A stretch of DNA of 63,986 bases, the filler included, from Choristocarpus tenellus KU-1152 (Eukaryota > Protista > Phaeophyceae): assembly GCA_964200185.2 (NCBI GenBank). It is 12 parts of 12 records of this genome, joined end to end, with 100 filler letters (N's around TTAATTAATTAA, not from the genome) between each part and the next. Parts side by side here need not be neighbours in the genome. Positions count along the whole stretch, not along the records: positions 1 to 8,724 come from CAXNAD020004402.1; positions 8,825 to 12,623 come from CAXNAD020017857.1; positions 12,724 to 17,571 come from CAXNAD020012813.1; 9 more parts are not named here. One strand, 5' to 3'. The notes under the pieces were generated by a model that saw only the letters and a program-made list of their open reading frames with translations, was not told where the DNA came from and did no database searches. The stretch's first letter is position 1. Each line of letters opens with the position of its first letter. The position numbers and the translations under genes are program-made. Of the stretch, positions 1 through 13,168 are shown piece after piece.

Positions 1-264
1 GGGGGGGGGGGGGGGGAGGATTACAGCCCGTCACAACTGTAACTCTTACAGCTGTACTATAGTACAGTCAAGTCATCATCTGTTGGTGTTTCTATTTGAG
101 AATGACACAAATGTGTATGATAAATTGATGCGTGTTGTGTGTTGTGCTATCTCATCACCTCTTGTCACCTCCCGAGTGATGCATGTCCTTCCCTGTTGAT
201 TCTCCATGTGACATCTCTCAACTCTTTGCTCTTCCTCTGTGTGTGTGGACTGGTGCGGGCCCAG

Positions 265-3200
265 CAGGTGGCGGCCTCCGACCAAGAATGCGACCACTTC
301 CACGAGGGCATGGGCTTCATCCTGACGCATTCAGTCCTGAGCTTGATCTTCGAACAGAGCTTGCAGCTAGTGAACCCTAAGATGGCCTTGCACTACTGGG
401 ACTACACCATTGAATCGCATAGGATCATGACTGAACACAAGGGGAACTTCGATTTCTTCCAGGATGTGAGACATGCCGTGGAGTTTGTATACATAGAGCG
501 TGTTCGTTTCTAGCGAAGTTTTTTGTTCCGACGAGTTGAGGAGTTTTTGGACGTTGGACCAGTTACGAAGTTGCGCCTGTTTCTTTCAGTCTTGCGGAGT
601 TGGTTGTATCCTGGAAGGCCTTCTGGAATCCTTGTTCTGCTTGGAGGTACGGTATCTGGAGATGGCGATGGTGTTGCAGGCATTTGCTTAAGGACACAAT
701 GTCCTGCCTGCATTGCCACAGACCTGTTGCAGTTGTGTCTGCTCTTCATCCGTCCAATTTTTCTTGAAAAGTGTGTGACAGTGTATGTGTGATCGTCCAA
801 AGGACCATGCCCTGGCGCCATGACCCACTCCGAATCGATGCAGGTATCTGAGCTGTTTCTCCCTGAGTATTTCGGTGGTTTCAACGCGGAGACTGCCATG
901 GTTGAGGACGGAAGATGGGGGTGAGTTGGTTGCGTCTCTGTGTGTGTATTGTGTTTCGTTTTTTTTTTTTTGGTGTGGGCATTAATTTTTTTTAGTCTTG
1001 AAAAAAATTAAGACAGTGGTGGTAGTAAAAAAAAGCTTTTCGTTTGGTGTGTTTTAAAACCATCAGTCGGGAAAAGAATAATAAGAATAATCATCATCAT
1101 GGGGTACAACTGGATGCTACGGTTTGAGTATGTTTTGCACGGTGCAGGTTCTGGATCTTGATTGTAAAAATATAAGGATTTTTGTTACATTTTTTTTTGG
1201 TGTTTGAGGAAAAAACTTATCGTTTTTTTGCTTTTTTGGAATAGATTTGTGACTGGCCTTGACGAAGCAGGTATAGCAGGGAGGTTGTACACGCGTGTCC
1301 TCTTTTGGCTATTTGAGTATTTCTCTCTGTTTATTGGAGGGGGGTTCTTTTGGGATATGTGATGCAAACGGTGGTTGGATAGATGGATGTGCCCCTAAGG
1401 TGTTGGAGCGTGATTTTTCTTGTGGTGTTGGCGGTGATGTCTATTGAAAACTCTCTGCTGGGTGCTGGTGACTGGATCTTTTTGTTCTTGATTTATCCTT
1501 AATACTCTTTCGAGATTTTGTTTATTTTATCAGTTTTTTTATGTTTTTATATTATTTTTTGTGTGAGATTCTCCTCTGTGGTGCCTCTTGATTGTAGGTG
1601 AGAGATCCCTCTGGCTGATGTGGAAGCCCTGTTCTTACAGTGGTTACATCTAAAGTGATTTTTGTAGTAGAGAATTGTGTGGATCTTTTGAAATGATTGA
1701 GATATCGGCTGTGAAAGGTCTTCTCCCTCTCATGCTTTTTTTTGTGCTGTTTTGACACCTCCCACAGGTACTCTGAAATCCCCACTGTGTCTGGGTTTGA
1801 GAGCAAGACTTTGGTCACTAATGTCTATGGGCAGCTCAGGTTAGTATCTTGGATTCGATCCTCCAACTAACCGATTCAAAATGTTCTTCGTCTGTAAACA
1901 GCAAGCTTTCACCATCTATGCTATTATCTGTAAGTGCTTGATATGCATCTAACTTTGGTAGTAAGTCATCTAGGTCATTTGATTCATTGCCATTAGGTGA
2001 TAATATTAGGGTGTTGATATATCTAGTAACAAAAGGAGTTAAGCCACATTCAAATGCTTCCCTAACCTTGATAACTGATCCCATAGGGAAAAGAAGAGAG
2101 AAAAATAAATCTCTGCTGGCTTATTGTTACTCTTGTTTGGGTTATGTGATTATTTGTGTATGTATAGATTTCAACTAGATACAGTTCGGGTAGGATTGCA
2201 AGGGTATTTTGCGCATGAACTTGTGTTCCTATGTAGTAGAAGCAGTAGTACGAATCAATGGGTTGGTTACTTGAGAGCTTCAAAGTGATGTTGACATAGA
2301 ATTGACATAGGCCTTTTGACACTATAAACAACCATGTTCTACACATGTTCTAATTGGATAATAAACTTGAGTTAGGACATGTACAATAGATGTCTTCTTG
2401 TGTTATCAGGTCAGAATATTTAAATAGTGTTAACTTTTTGTGTTTTCAGTGTCCTACAGTGTGAGTGTGTCATCTCTGTGGATAGGTAACTTTTAAGAGA
2501 TGCTGTGATGTCTTACAACAGAGAGTTGATGATCAAAGAGCAATCCTCCCCCCCCCAGAAGAATGGCCTTGCCTAGACAGTTGAGATTCGTCCTTGTTGG
2601 TGATTTTTGTTAATTGAAGTAGTCAAATGGTCCCAATTTTTTTATGTTTTGGATTGCGAAAATGCAAGTGGTGCAGCAAGGTGATCATTGTTTCTGTTTG
2701 ATAAGAGTGTTCACAATGATGTTTATTATCAGAAGATAATTCAATAGCTGCTATTAGTATGATAATAGCACAGTAACAGGAATTTGTCTTTCTTAATAGA
2801 ATCATAGTATGGAAAAATTGAGAATCGTGTAGTGAACCTAACAACTTTTGATCCTTTCGACACGGATTTTAAGAAACTTCGACTAAATGATAATACTGTT
2901 GAATGTACCAGATTATGTGATTTCACATATATGCTCGCATTGGGCAGATGACAAACTAGCATATTATGTAGGTTAAGGTTTGTACATTAAAAAGTGAAGT
3001 TTGTGAACTGTATCCCTCGATGTCAAAGTGGTCTTGTCTACAGCACGCACGCCTTCCTCGCGAAGTGGCGGTGTCACACTTTCACCATTTTCTGAACTTG
3101 TGTTTATTTTAAAATAAGTGACCGTAGTATTAATTAATACAAAGCATGTACTAGTAGCACGAGTACATAAATATATATTGTTTTTGGGTGACTGTGTGTG

Positions 3201-6200
3201 AAGGGGGTTTATATTAATAATATATTTTTTTGTGGCAGGTGGTATGTTGGCCCTGTAGCTATCTATCTGGGGTGCAGGCAGATTGATTGTGTTTAGTTCG
3301 GTGCAAGAGATTACATGCATGATTGCATGTTGAATTGGGTACTCTGGTTTTCCACAAGTTGTCACCTGGTCCATAGTATCCTAGAGGAGGGGTCAGGCGT
3401 CTGTTTGGGGTCTGTGGTTGAAGTTATAGTGATTTTCATGTCATCTGAGTGGATGAATAAAAAATGTAAGGCCAGTTTTCTTCATCTGAATGCACCTTAC
3501 TTTTCCATCCCCCTGCCCCAAACAAATCTGAGGGAAAATCGCCTGCAAAGCGGGCATCAAACTGAGGTATCTTGGTATACCCAATCAAGTCCCAAATGGA
3601 CAATATGCCACAAATGCCCCCCCCCCCCCTTCTCAAGATTCTATGGGTCGCTTAAGGATTGTTGTAAATGGAGTCACTCTCCTGCAGGGCATTGTGTGCA
3701 GAATGGTTAGTGGTATCTATTTTTGCGTAATTTTTTAGATAATGAATACTTTATGCTTTTGGTTGTACCCTCCCTTTGCCTGGAAGGAACCCTGAGAGGT
3801 AAAGGGCTCTCATTGCAATCTGTTCACTCACAAGGTCTCAACAGGAACAAATGAGAGAATAATATGAGTCTATCCCTTGTGGGAATGTGAAGGAGAATGT
3901 ATTGTAATTCTGAGTTGTATTGTGTTTCTTTAATATTGATCATAACTATTCCTTTTCTCCAACTTGGGTTGAACAGATTTAGGTCCACACCCTAAATAAT
4001 CTCCTAGTTTTCGTGGGTAAGTGCTAGGGTTAGAGGTTGAATTTGGAAGGCGTTTTGTGTCGATGCACCCTACCTTTGTTGTGTCTTTTTTGGACTGATT
4101 CGGATAAAGTTCCTGGTGTTATGTTTTTTTTTAACTTTCACATTAGTTGTGCTCTGATGTGATGGAGACAAACTTATTTTCTGTTTCAATATGGAAGTGA
4201 GTACATTGGGGAATTTTTACCTAACCTTCAAGACACAAGCGATCTGTACTAGTCTTACACCTGACCTCTTTTTTTTGCTGAGTTCCGGCAAGGGCTCAAA
4301 ATGATGATTATTACTTCGTGTAGTAGTCTGCATCATCTCTTGTTCATAACTTTGTTCATAACCTTGTTCGTTCGTAACTTTGTTGATTTTCATAAATTTC
4401 TCGTAACTTTCCTGTTGCTTTCAGTGTTGGAATAATAAATTGGAAAAATGTGCCGCGTTAGAATTCAATCAAAGTATCAACTTGACTAATTGTCAACTCT
4501 TGCCGTTCCTGCCCCTGCCCCATGCATATACTGAACACAATTTTGTATTTACACTATGCAGGTCCCCATGGAATATCAACGGAAGGCCTTACATCACCCG
4601 TGGGTTTGGTAAAACCTGTGGCGAACCAACTTGGGACTACCTGGAGACCCCAACTTGTGCCTCTCACTACAGGTGGTGATTGCTGAGCTTGTTGCAAATT
4701 TAGGGGGCAAAGGGGTGTTGTTTGCTTCCTGGTTTGAGATAGAAAGGAGAATCAAGTGTGGTGTGTGCATTGTGTTGGTCTTTTATGTGACAGGTCTCTG
4801 ACTTGATAAGTCAATCGGTGCCCATGAGATTGGGGTGTTGCTTGTGTTGAGGCGTTGTGGTCCATTTTTCCTCCCTGTTGCATTGGGAGTGAACTGTGAG
4901 CTGTTGATGACCTTGTAAGTTTTGTTTTGTTTTTTGTGCAATGGAAATGGTATGCCTGTATGAGTTGAAGGGTAGAAATGAGTGTACGGGTGCACTCTCT
5001 GACAAAGGGCATGTTTGTGGTTTCTTTTGATGATGTTTGATAATGCGAAGTCAGATGCCTTGCACTGTAATCTCCTCAAGTAGTTGCATATGGTGTTATC
5101 GGATGCCAACTGTGTGCTGGCTTGTGTTCTGAGAGTGAAGTTGTTGTGGTTGTGTCAATTTAGTTTTATCATTGTAAGTGCTTAATTGGTTTTTGTCTTA
5201 TTTTCCAGTCCTGCAAGATGTATCCTTGAATATATCACCCCTTCCCTGCCACACCCCACCCAATTATGCAGCTTACAGACAAACTTCTCAACATTTGCTA
5301 ACTGGGATTGGAAGGCGCAGTTTGGCTCTCATGGGACGTTACATGTGTGGATTGGTGGAATTGCAGACTGCTCTGAATCTTATGATATGATACAGGTAGG
5401 TGTGTGCGTGTGTGCGTGTGTTTGGAAGGTGGTGAGAGATAGGTGTTGTCTGGGAGTAGGTATGTGCTGTAGAGCGTTTTTTTATCATGCGGCATAGAGC
5501 ATTGACGTCTTGTAATTGATTGACACGGTTGTGGAGAGAAGCAACACCATGACCGATTGCGATGGTCTATGGCAGGAATTGTATTATTATTTTTGTCATT
5601 CTTTTATTATTTATTTTTTCATTATTATTTTTATTGTCGGTGTCTCTGGTTTTTTCACCCCGATCCATCCCTTCCTATTGTTTCTTCCTCTGCTACACAT
5701 GTACTTGACTACTAAACAAAAAAAAATCCTTCCGCTTTTTGGGTATTGCACAGGCAATGCGGCACTGCAGTGAGAATCGAATAGCCTGAGATCAACTCTG
5801 ACCTTCAATCAACCCTCTCTTTTTTGTTGTTTTCCGTGTTAGGATATCGTTGGTGATGAATATCATGTCCGGTTGCGAATCAATGCCTTTGTTATACGTA
5901 AGAACATGTGGCGGACCGGCATGTGGGGTTGCTCTGGCAAGGTGAGGGCACACAGGAAATGATTGGACTGGTGTTGCGCTTTTGATGATATAGGTTTTGT
6001 TTATATTTTGGTGGGTCTGGAGTGGTTGCGGAGTTGGGTTCTTGCTTTAGCATATTGATCGTACTCCTATTTGCAGCGTCCAATATAGTATTTGTTGTCA
6101 TAGGTGGTGCTAACGTCCTCATTCGCCTACTGAACATGCTTGCTCCCTTTTTGTTGGCTGACACGTTGGGTTTCCTATTGAGTTAAGGCGGATGACAGTA

Positions 6201-8107
6201 TGTCAGGTCTTGATGTCATAGAGAGTGGACTCTGTGGCTGCCTCAATCTGGACCTTGATGATGTGAGTAGTGGGTGGGAGGGAAATCATAGCATCTAGTA
6301 GTGTTTGGAAGAGGTACAGATAGTTTTATGAGAAGGGGCTGTTGGGGAGTTAGAGGCAAGGATAGGGACAAATCAATTGTGAAATCTGTCGATGGAGATG
6401 TTTCCCCTCAAAGGATGTTTTTGTTTGGCAAGGATGTTTGATTGCTTTGAAAAACAAGTGCAAGGTGTGTCAAGGTACTTGAGTAAGTGACTGTGTCTAG
6501 TGCGGTAGCAAAAACAGTAGTAATAGTTGTGTAATTTGGTGTGTGAGACAGGCACCTAGGAAACTTGAGCACTCTAGTCACGCAGGAGAGGCGGGATGAT
6601 TTCATTCACCAGCATTCCCGAACGTTTTTTATTCCTGACTGGCTTGTTGTTTTGTTGCATCTCCCTCCATTGGGTATTTGGCATTTTAAGGAATATGATA
6701 CCCATGTTTCAAGAAGGTGGTGTATGTCCTGTTACATCTAGTGCACTACTGACTGTGAAACAACAGTGTCAAAGACATTGAAAGAGGTGAAAAACGAAAT
6801 GTACATTTTTGGAACTGGGATTGCTTGCAACAAACCCTTGGTCTTACACTTTGTGTGCAGACAGTCTTCGTAATTTGTCTATATATTTGTTCAATAGTCA
6901 GATTGGGGGGGGGGGATGAGGTGGTGATCACGGATTTTTTTTTACATGTAATTGTTTGATTGCATCAATGCCTCTTGCTCTAATTTTGTTTTGTCTGCAG
7001 AAAATGTGTTGAAAAGACCTTCAGTCGGTCTTACAGGTACAATACACAAGATTTGAGAGTTGTGTAGTTGATCATCATCTGTCGATGTTGACAACTTACC
7101 AAAATGTGTTGTTAGTGTTTGCGTTTGCTTTGAAGGTGTTTTTCCGATTTTACTCCACGAACCACGTGCCCCCCCAAAATACAACCTAATACTGTGATAA
7201 CGTTTGCATTTCTTCCTCCTCATAATTTTTTTTCCACCTTACGAATGTCTTGATAGGTTTCTGATGCCCGCAGTGTATGGACGTATGTAACGGGAGTAGT
7301 TACTGGACTCGATGGCATAACCTTGACTGACAACGAGGTCAAGTATTTGGCAAAGGTTATTTGCGAAACCCCCACTGCTCTTGGGGAAGCTCTGCAATCC
7401 AGTGCTACGGTGAGTGTTGAATTCTAAAGTACTGTTGCCAGTTCACCTGCTGTTTTTGTCCCGGCTTGAGGTGTGAAAATAGACCAATGCCAGTAACTCG
7501 GAGATCTACTGATGATAGTTTCATCTCAAGACTTTTTTTTCTTTTTTTTATGGCACTTACTTTAGTAACCCCTTTTGAAAATAGTATCAATAACCAGGCC
7601 ATTTTCGGTAATAGCTTTGGTGTGTTGGCTACATGGTTTATCCTGTACTGTGCTGCCCACTGTCAAAGGTGTGTCAGCCTTGTGAAGGATAGGTAGTGCT
7701 GATGCTGTTGATTGCTCTGCTTTGGGTTGAAAAGCCCTTGTGTCTCGTGCAGGAAGCATGTTTCTCCCCCCTACCTTTCTGATCCCCTGCCTGCATGGTA
7801 TTTTAGGTATTCGAGTCAGATTTGCTTGGGAACTGAGGGAACAGCAGTGTAGTCGCCATGGCCTGCTATGGTATGTTTGATTTTCAAGTTGTTTTTTTTC
7901 AAAGGAGTCAACTGGATCCCACAGCCTCAAGTTGCAGAACTCATGTCTTGTTCCTTCCCCAACCTCCGTCCTGATGTTTGAATGTGTTTGCTGTGTGTAG
8001 CTCGATCCCATCTTCTGGCCAATGCACCCAACAGTGGAGCGTTTGTTTATGTTCAAGCGTTCCACAGGCACATTGCAAGATATGACATGGCCAGATGAGT
8101 CAGGGTG
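265..8107 (+). CDS. Tyrosinase / type-3 di-copper-centre protein, partial, 9 exons: 265(268)-465, 844-920, 1768-1839, 4562-4672, 5272-5395, 5843-5941, 6188-6262, 7257-7409, 8001-8107
   Basis: All junctions are GT-AG with consistent phases. Spliced product contains the CuA-like CDHFHEG..THS..FEQSL..YWDYT, then VEDGRWG, NVYGQLRSPWN, the CuB HGTLHVWIGG and LDPIFWPMHPTVERL. 5' and 3' ends are missing. Confidence 0.88.
3368..3649. mobile_element. MITE, PIF/Harbinger-like, subfamily C, in tyrosinase intron 3
   Basis: Ends GGTCCATAGTATCCTAGAGGAGGGG ... CCTTCTCAAGATTCTATGGGTC form an imperfect TIR. Related ends occur at about 24085-24107 and 34755-34779. Confidence 0.6.
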
Positions 8108-8724
8108 GTGAGTATATGTAGGGCAAAACAGCAAGGTGGAGAGCAAAATTTATAAGTTAGAGCATGTAGCTTTGCAGGTTGACAACTAGTCCAAGAATTT
8201 CTGTTTACCTCTTACTTGGGAATGGGAACTGGCCGGAGGAGTACAACGCTGTACAATTGTATATAAACTGCCAACGCCTTTTCTCTTTAGTCATACTGTT
8301 CTGCTGACTAAGCCAAAATCCTATCGAAGACACTGGTGGAGGGTGTGCAAGCAAGACTTGATGGTTGATGGGATGTACAGGGTGTTGTGTTTGGGGTGTT
8401 TGCTGTCCCCAGTGTTCCCCAAGTTTTTTGTGTGCCCTGTCATTAAAAAGCCCTTGTCTGTGGAATATTCTTTTCTGGCGGCCTACTCTTAATACATGAA
8501 CGATCAGGCAACCTAACCTGGATGGGGAGGAGACCTACTACACAACAAGCATGGATGCTGAATCTTGTGTTGGTCATGGCGGTAGTGACATCTTCCCGTT
8601 TGGATTGGTGAGACTTTGATCTCCATAATAGTACGCCCAACCTTAACCCCCCCCCCCCCCCCCCCCCCCCGCCCACCTTTACAACGCTTCCTCCTTTTCT
8701 GGAATAAAAAAGAGAAAGGAGGAG

Positions 8725-8824
8725 NNNNNNNNNNNNNNNNNNNNNNNNNNNNNNNNNNNNNNNNNNNNTTAATTAATTAANNNNNNNNNNNNNNNNNNNN
8801 NNNNNNNNNNNNNNNNNNNNNNNN
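8725..8824. other. Artificial contig-joining linker N44-TTAATTAATTAA-N44 (stops in all six frames). Also at 12624, 17572, 26058, 31200, 34151, 37749, 46983, 51656, 54906 and 61127, each 100 nt
   Basis: Identical 100-nt block repeated 11 times, with unrelated sequence on either side. Confidence 0.97.
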
Positions 8825-8869
8825 GGGGGGGGTTGGGGTCTACACCAGGGTGTGCATTCGGGCCCTGAC

Positions 8870-10141
8870 CAGGAAATAAAAGAATCCCAGGCCATTGAAA
8901 TTGAGGTCAGCTTTGTTGACTGACTGAGTCTCTATGACAATGTTGTCCCTCGCCATCTCCTTGGTGTGTGGCTATGCCCCACCCTGCTGCACAAAGATGG
9001 TGTGTCCATCCGGACTACGCATGATACATCCTCGATCATGAGCTCCTTATACCTCTCTCCGTCCACTACGGCTGGTACAAGCACATTGATGCCCTAGGGG
9101 TGGAGTTTGCTGGAGCGCTGAGCGACCGTAGTGTCAATGATTGGCTAGATCCTGATTTCCCCATTGAACCACACCCCAGTTGGAGAGCTTCCTACTGCGG
9201 GCATGGCTGCAATTAAAATCACCTTCGTAATGCAACGCTTATGCTGAGCCTGTGGGGGTTTGGGGGGGTCCTCAGTGGGGTGGAGGTGCACACCCTGCCC
9301 ATCTTCAAGGATGTAAAACCACTTATCGTCCACATGTACCCAGTCATGCAGATCGTCCACTAATACCCCACTTCCCCACCTCCTATCCGTATGGCTGACG
9401 ATGAAACCCACCCTATTGACTTTCTGCTGGTCTGAGAGGACTGGCTTAATCCGCCACTTAACCTTCTTCACCATCTTATGCCTGCATGGATCCCACAATG
9501 AGTTAAGAAAGACCCCAGCTTTGGCGGTCCATTTGCTAAGGATGTGCAGTGTACCAATGGGACATTTTAAACGCCCAGGATACTTGTACGTCAGCCACAA
9601 TACCCCTTGCAACGTGGAACATGGTCCATGCATTCACCCCGTTCGGACTGGCAGTCACACTCCTTCAGATGAAGGAACACGGTGATTCAGGAAATCCTGA
9701 AGACCTGTACGATGGCTGCCACTGTCCCCTGAGGCATCCTACTCTAGTGTCCTCTTGCCTCCAGGCATCTCACCACCGGGCTGTTCTTCACCAGGGTGTT
9801 TGACTCCTGACCCCAGACAGGCTTCTGGTCTGAAGAATGGGATTGATGGGCGACAACGGGATGAGCGAGTCGCTCGAGCAACGGGGGGCCTTCATCCTAT
9901 GCATCCCCATAAACACCCGCTTTGACAGTCTCACAACGATTTTGAACCCCGTCAAATGCGACTTGATCAACTTTGCGCTGATGATCCTCCACAGGAATGA
10001 CAGCCCACGTCCTAAAACTTTGCACGCCTCCCAAACCATATGAGAACTAAGCCTTGTCCAGACTGTTTATCACATGGGTCGTTCCCGAGCTAGAACAGCG
10101 GTTGCAAACGTTGTGTTACATTTAATTCCGAACGGAGGAAG
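8870..10141 (-). mobile_element. Decayed Tc1/mariner transposon (plant-mariner/DD39D-like) with one Stowaway-like TIR
   Basis: Minus-strand motifs WVHVDDKWFY, HKRCITKV, IFVQQ(G)G and TQSVNKADLNFNGLGFF (cf. QPxxSPDLNxxDLGFF), with stops and frameshifts. Terminus reads TA|CTTCCTCCGTTCGGAATT on the minus strand at 10143-10124. Confidence 0.85.
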
Positions 10142-10190
10142 TAACTACTCTTTGACAATTTTTTAACATCCCATCAATGAAATGATCTCA

Positions 10191-10217
10191 ATATATATAT
10201 ATATATATATATATATA
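10191..10217. repeat. (AT)n microsatellite
   Basis: Direct reading. Confidence 0.95.
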
Positions 10218-11126
10218 CTTGGAGTATATGTATATCATTTTTGGAGGGGGGGGTTAAGGAGAAAATAGGTTCATGCTTTTTACTTTTCTTGAAACTAACA
10301 ACTTGGGACGTCTTCGACTAGTGATCTTGCCCTGTCTTGGCACTGTCTGTATGTAAGAAGTTAAACGAAATATCTTAAAACCCTACACAATTCAACCTCA
10401 TAATACACCAATTCTCAAAGAGTGCCTCACATGTGTAACACAGGCACGAGCAAGCACAACAGTTAACAGACATTGACAGCACACGAAAGGAGAAGCTAAC
10501 ATCATTTTCACTGAAACAGGTCTGTCATTCAGTCGTGGTTTTGAATGCAAAATTGTGGAAGAGCCACTAGGGCTAGGGCTAGGGCTAGGGCTAGAGATAG
10601 TAGTACATATCCACAGAATGAACAATGAACAAGTATGTGCAATCTAGTAAGAGTAGTAGTACAAAATCACCCTTCTTTTTTTCCTTCAATCCAATAGTTG
10701 GCACAGATAATGATCATCCACTGTCACAGTAAATGTTGTTTATTCTTGGCGACACATCTTGCAAGATCACAATTCCACACACAAATAGCAGAGGTATGAT
10801 TTGAAAAATAGACTAAATTACAAGCTTTTCCTATGAATGTGAGCAACAGAAGTGGCTTGTAGGAGCGTTGCTACATTCAAATGACAGTGGAAGTTGTTGC
10901 ATCTGGTTATCGCATACTGCTGATTCAATACAATAATAATGGGCTCATTCTATTGTTGCCACTATTGCTGGCCCTAACCCCTTAGCCCCTGTGCTTTAGT
11001 CTTGGCATGACTCTAGATTTGAAAATATGTTTGTTATTTTGGCTGGAAGGAAGGAATAGTGTAGCATTTTCTCCTGGCGACGTCCCCAGTATCTATCTCC
11101 TTTTAATATATTTCCTCCCTCTACAG

Positions 11127-12189
11127 AAGAAATCAAGTGGAAAGGGAAGTGAGTCCCATTCTCTGACCAGCTCATCAAATTCATCCAAGTCTCTTTTGCA
11201 GCGGAGGAACTCAGAGATTGACCATGCCCGGAGACGGGCCCAGAGCCTACGAGCAAGGGCTATGAAGCTGTTCAATCGGGAATGTGTGGTACGTGTATGT
11301 GGTAAAATGCTTGTTGGAGCTCGATAGAGGGGTCAGTACATAGAACACAACAGAACAGAACACACATACAACCATAACCCGAAGCTCTCCAATTGTACAT
11401 AACAAGGGATAGTAGAGCTCCAGAGCAATCAATAGAGTGGCTTGCAGTCTGCTACAGGTCTGCATGATGAAAAAGAGTATTCACTACTGCGAAGAAAATA
11501 ACAAAAAACTCTTGTAAGTGACCCCCTACGGAATGGGGGAGATCAAAAAGAGTGTTTTTTTTAAAGGAGAAATGAGTTTTCTTATAGTATAAAAAAAAAA
11601 GCATACAAGAGAATTGCTGAATCCACAGACTGACTTCATCAGATCTGGTTGAGATATCATACTTCCTTTCCTTCAATACATGATAGTACATGTTGGTAGA
11701 GACAATCCTCCGTGGCCATAATTATCTCCATTGCAATTATCCTAGAGCATTTTGTACAGAACTGAGAAACGCCCAAAATTGAGGACTGGCAAAAAAGCAT
11801 CAAATGTGTGTCATATTTAGCCAATGGAAAATCTTCGTCATACAAGCTCCCTAACCCTAACCCCTCAATTTTGTAAGTACTGATCTTGGCATGACTTATC
11901 CACATCTAAACATGCTCATATGTACCATCTAGTGTTACTTTAACAATGACCCGATTTTCTCAGGGACAAAAACATGAACAGGTCCAGGCAGAAATGGCCA
12001 AGATTGAGGCTTCCCAGCAGTCATCCGTTCAAACACCTCAGACTGTGGACGAGGTATGAGAGAGTAGTAAAGGAGGAAGACGAGCCTTGTTTGATCTGCA
12101 CAGGGTGCAAATACATTTCCTTGTGGCTAGTTGAGCGAACATCTTCCAGGCTTGAACCTTTCTTTATGTATCCAATATAGCTGCGCTAG
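11127..12189 (+). CDS. Possible 3' exons of an unidentified gene (11127-11288, 11964-12053, 12181-12189)
   Basis: Pyrimidine-rich AG acceptors, GT donors and all phase 0. Product is ...LLQRRNSEIDHARRRAQSLRARAMKLFNRECV/GQKHEQVQAEMAKIEASQ.../LR*. No family recognised. Confidence 0.35.
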
Positions 12190-13168
12190 GGAGTGGCAAG
12201 AGAGCTGTTGAAGACGTGGATAACCTGCAAGCACAGGGTGTAGCTTTGTTGAGGAAGTTCGTCACCCGTTCTTGCAAACACTGTCATCCATTGTACTCCT
12301 TGTGCGTACACATTTCGAGGTCTGATCTTGATCACCTGGTCACGACACACACACACGCAAAAAAACACAAAAAACATGAAAAAATTAAAAACTTCCTCAC
12401 TCTCCACAGTATTTTATTGCTTGCTTTTTTTAGACAGTAGTATCTCGTAGCGTCCCAAGAGATCGTTTGGTGCAGGTTTCAGAATATCCAAAATTTGGAC
12501 TCTCTGCTAACATATATACTTTTTGCTTGCATCAGGTATCAACTATGGCTCGTAGTATCTGGGGGGGGGGGGGGTGGCGCCTGTAACTTTGGGGGGCAAT
12601 TTTTTTTTGTTGCGATTTTTGTGNNNNNNNNNNNNNNNNNNNNNNNNNNNNNNNNNNNNNNNNNNNNTTAATTAATTAANNNNNNNNNNNNNNNNNNNNN
12701 NNNNNNNNNNNNNNNNNNNNNNNGGGAAGGGGTTTGAAGGGTCCTTCATCAACCTTCCACTACCTCAAGAGTGGTAACCCAACCCTTACATGTATGCATC
12801 AGTCGCAAGTGATGAAACTGTTTCAACTCAAACATTCTTTTTGCAATATATTACACATTTCAGGGTAGGGTACTACAAAATACTGGTCCTATAACGTTGT
12901 ATTTCACTATTTTCACATCGACATCAATCACACTCCAAAACAACAATTAAGATGTGTGACATCCCTCCCTCCCACCCAGCCCCCCAGAAAATGTATGCTT
13001 TTTTCTGCCACGTTTTATGGATGAATTACTCAGCACTATCTACAAATACTACACTACCATTACACGCCATTTGTACAAAGCAGATGGTACTATTACAAAA
13101 AGTAACGTATGTACACATTCAACAGTTTAATGTATTTACATTTCGAAACGGTAGATGTGGTATCCTAC

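Noticed and set aside
7562-8146. 194-aa minus-strand ORF
   Set aside because: It is antisense to tyrosinase intron 8 and exon 9, with no independent coding signal.
8769-8780. Recurrent palindrome TTAATTAATTAA flanked by N runs, as a biological repeat or CRISPR-like unit
   Set aside because: It is a synthetic six-frame-stop linker. ORFs ending in X-runs or LIN are artefacts.
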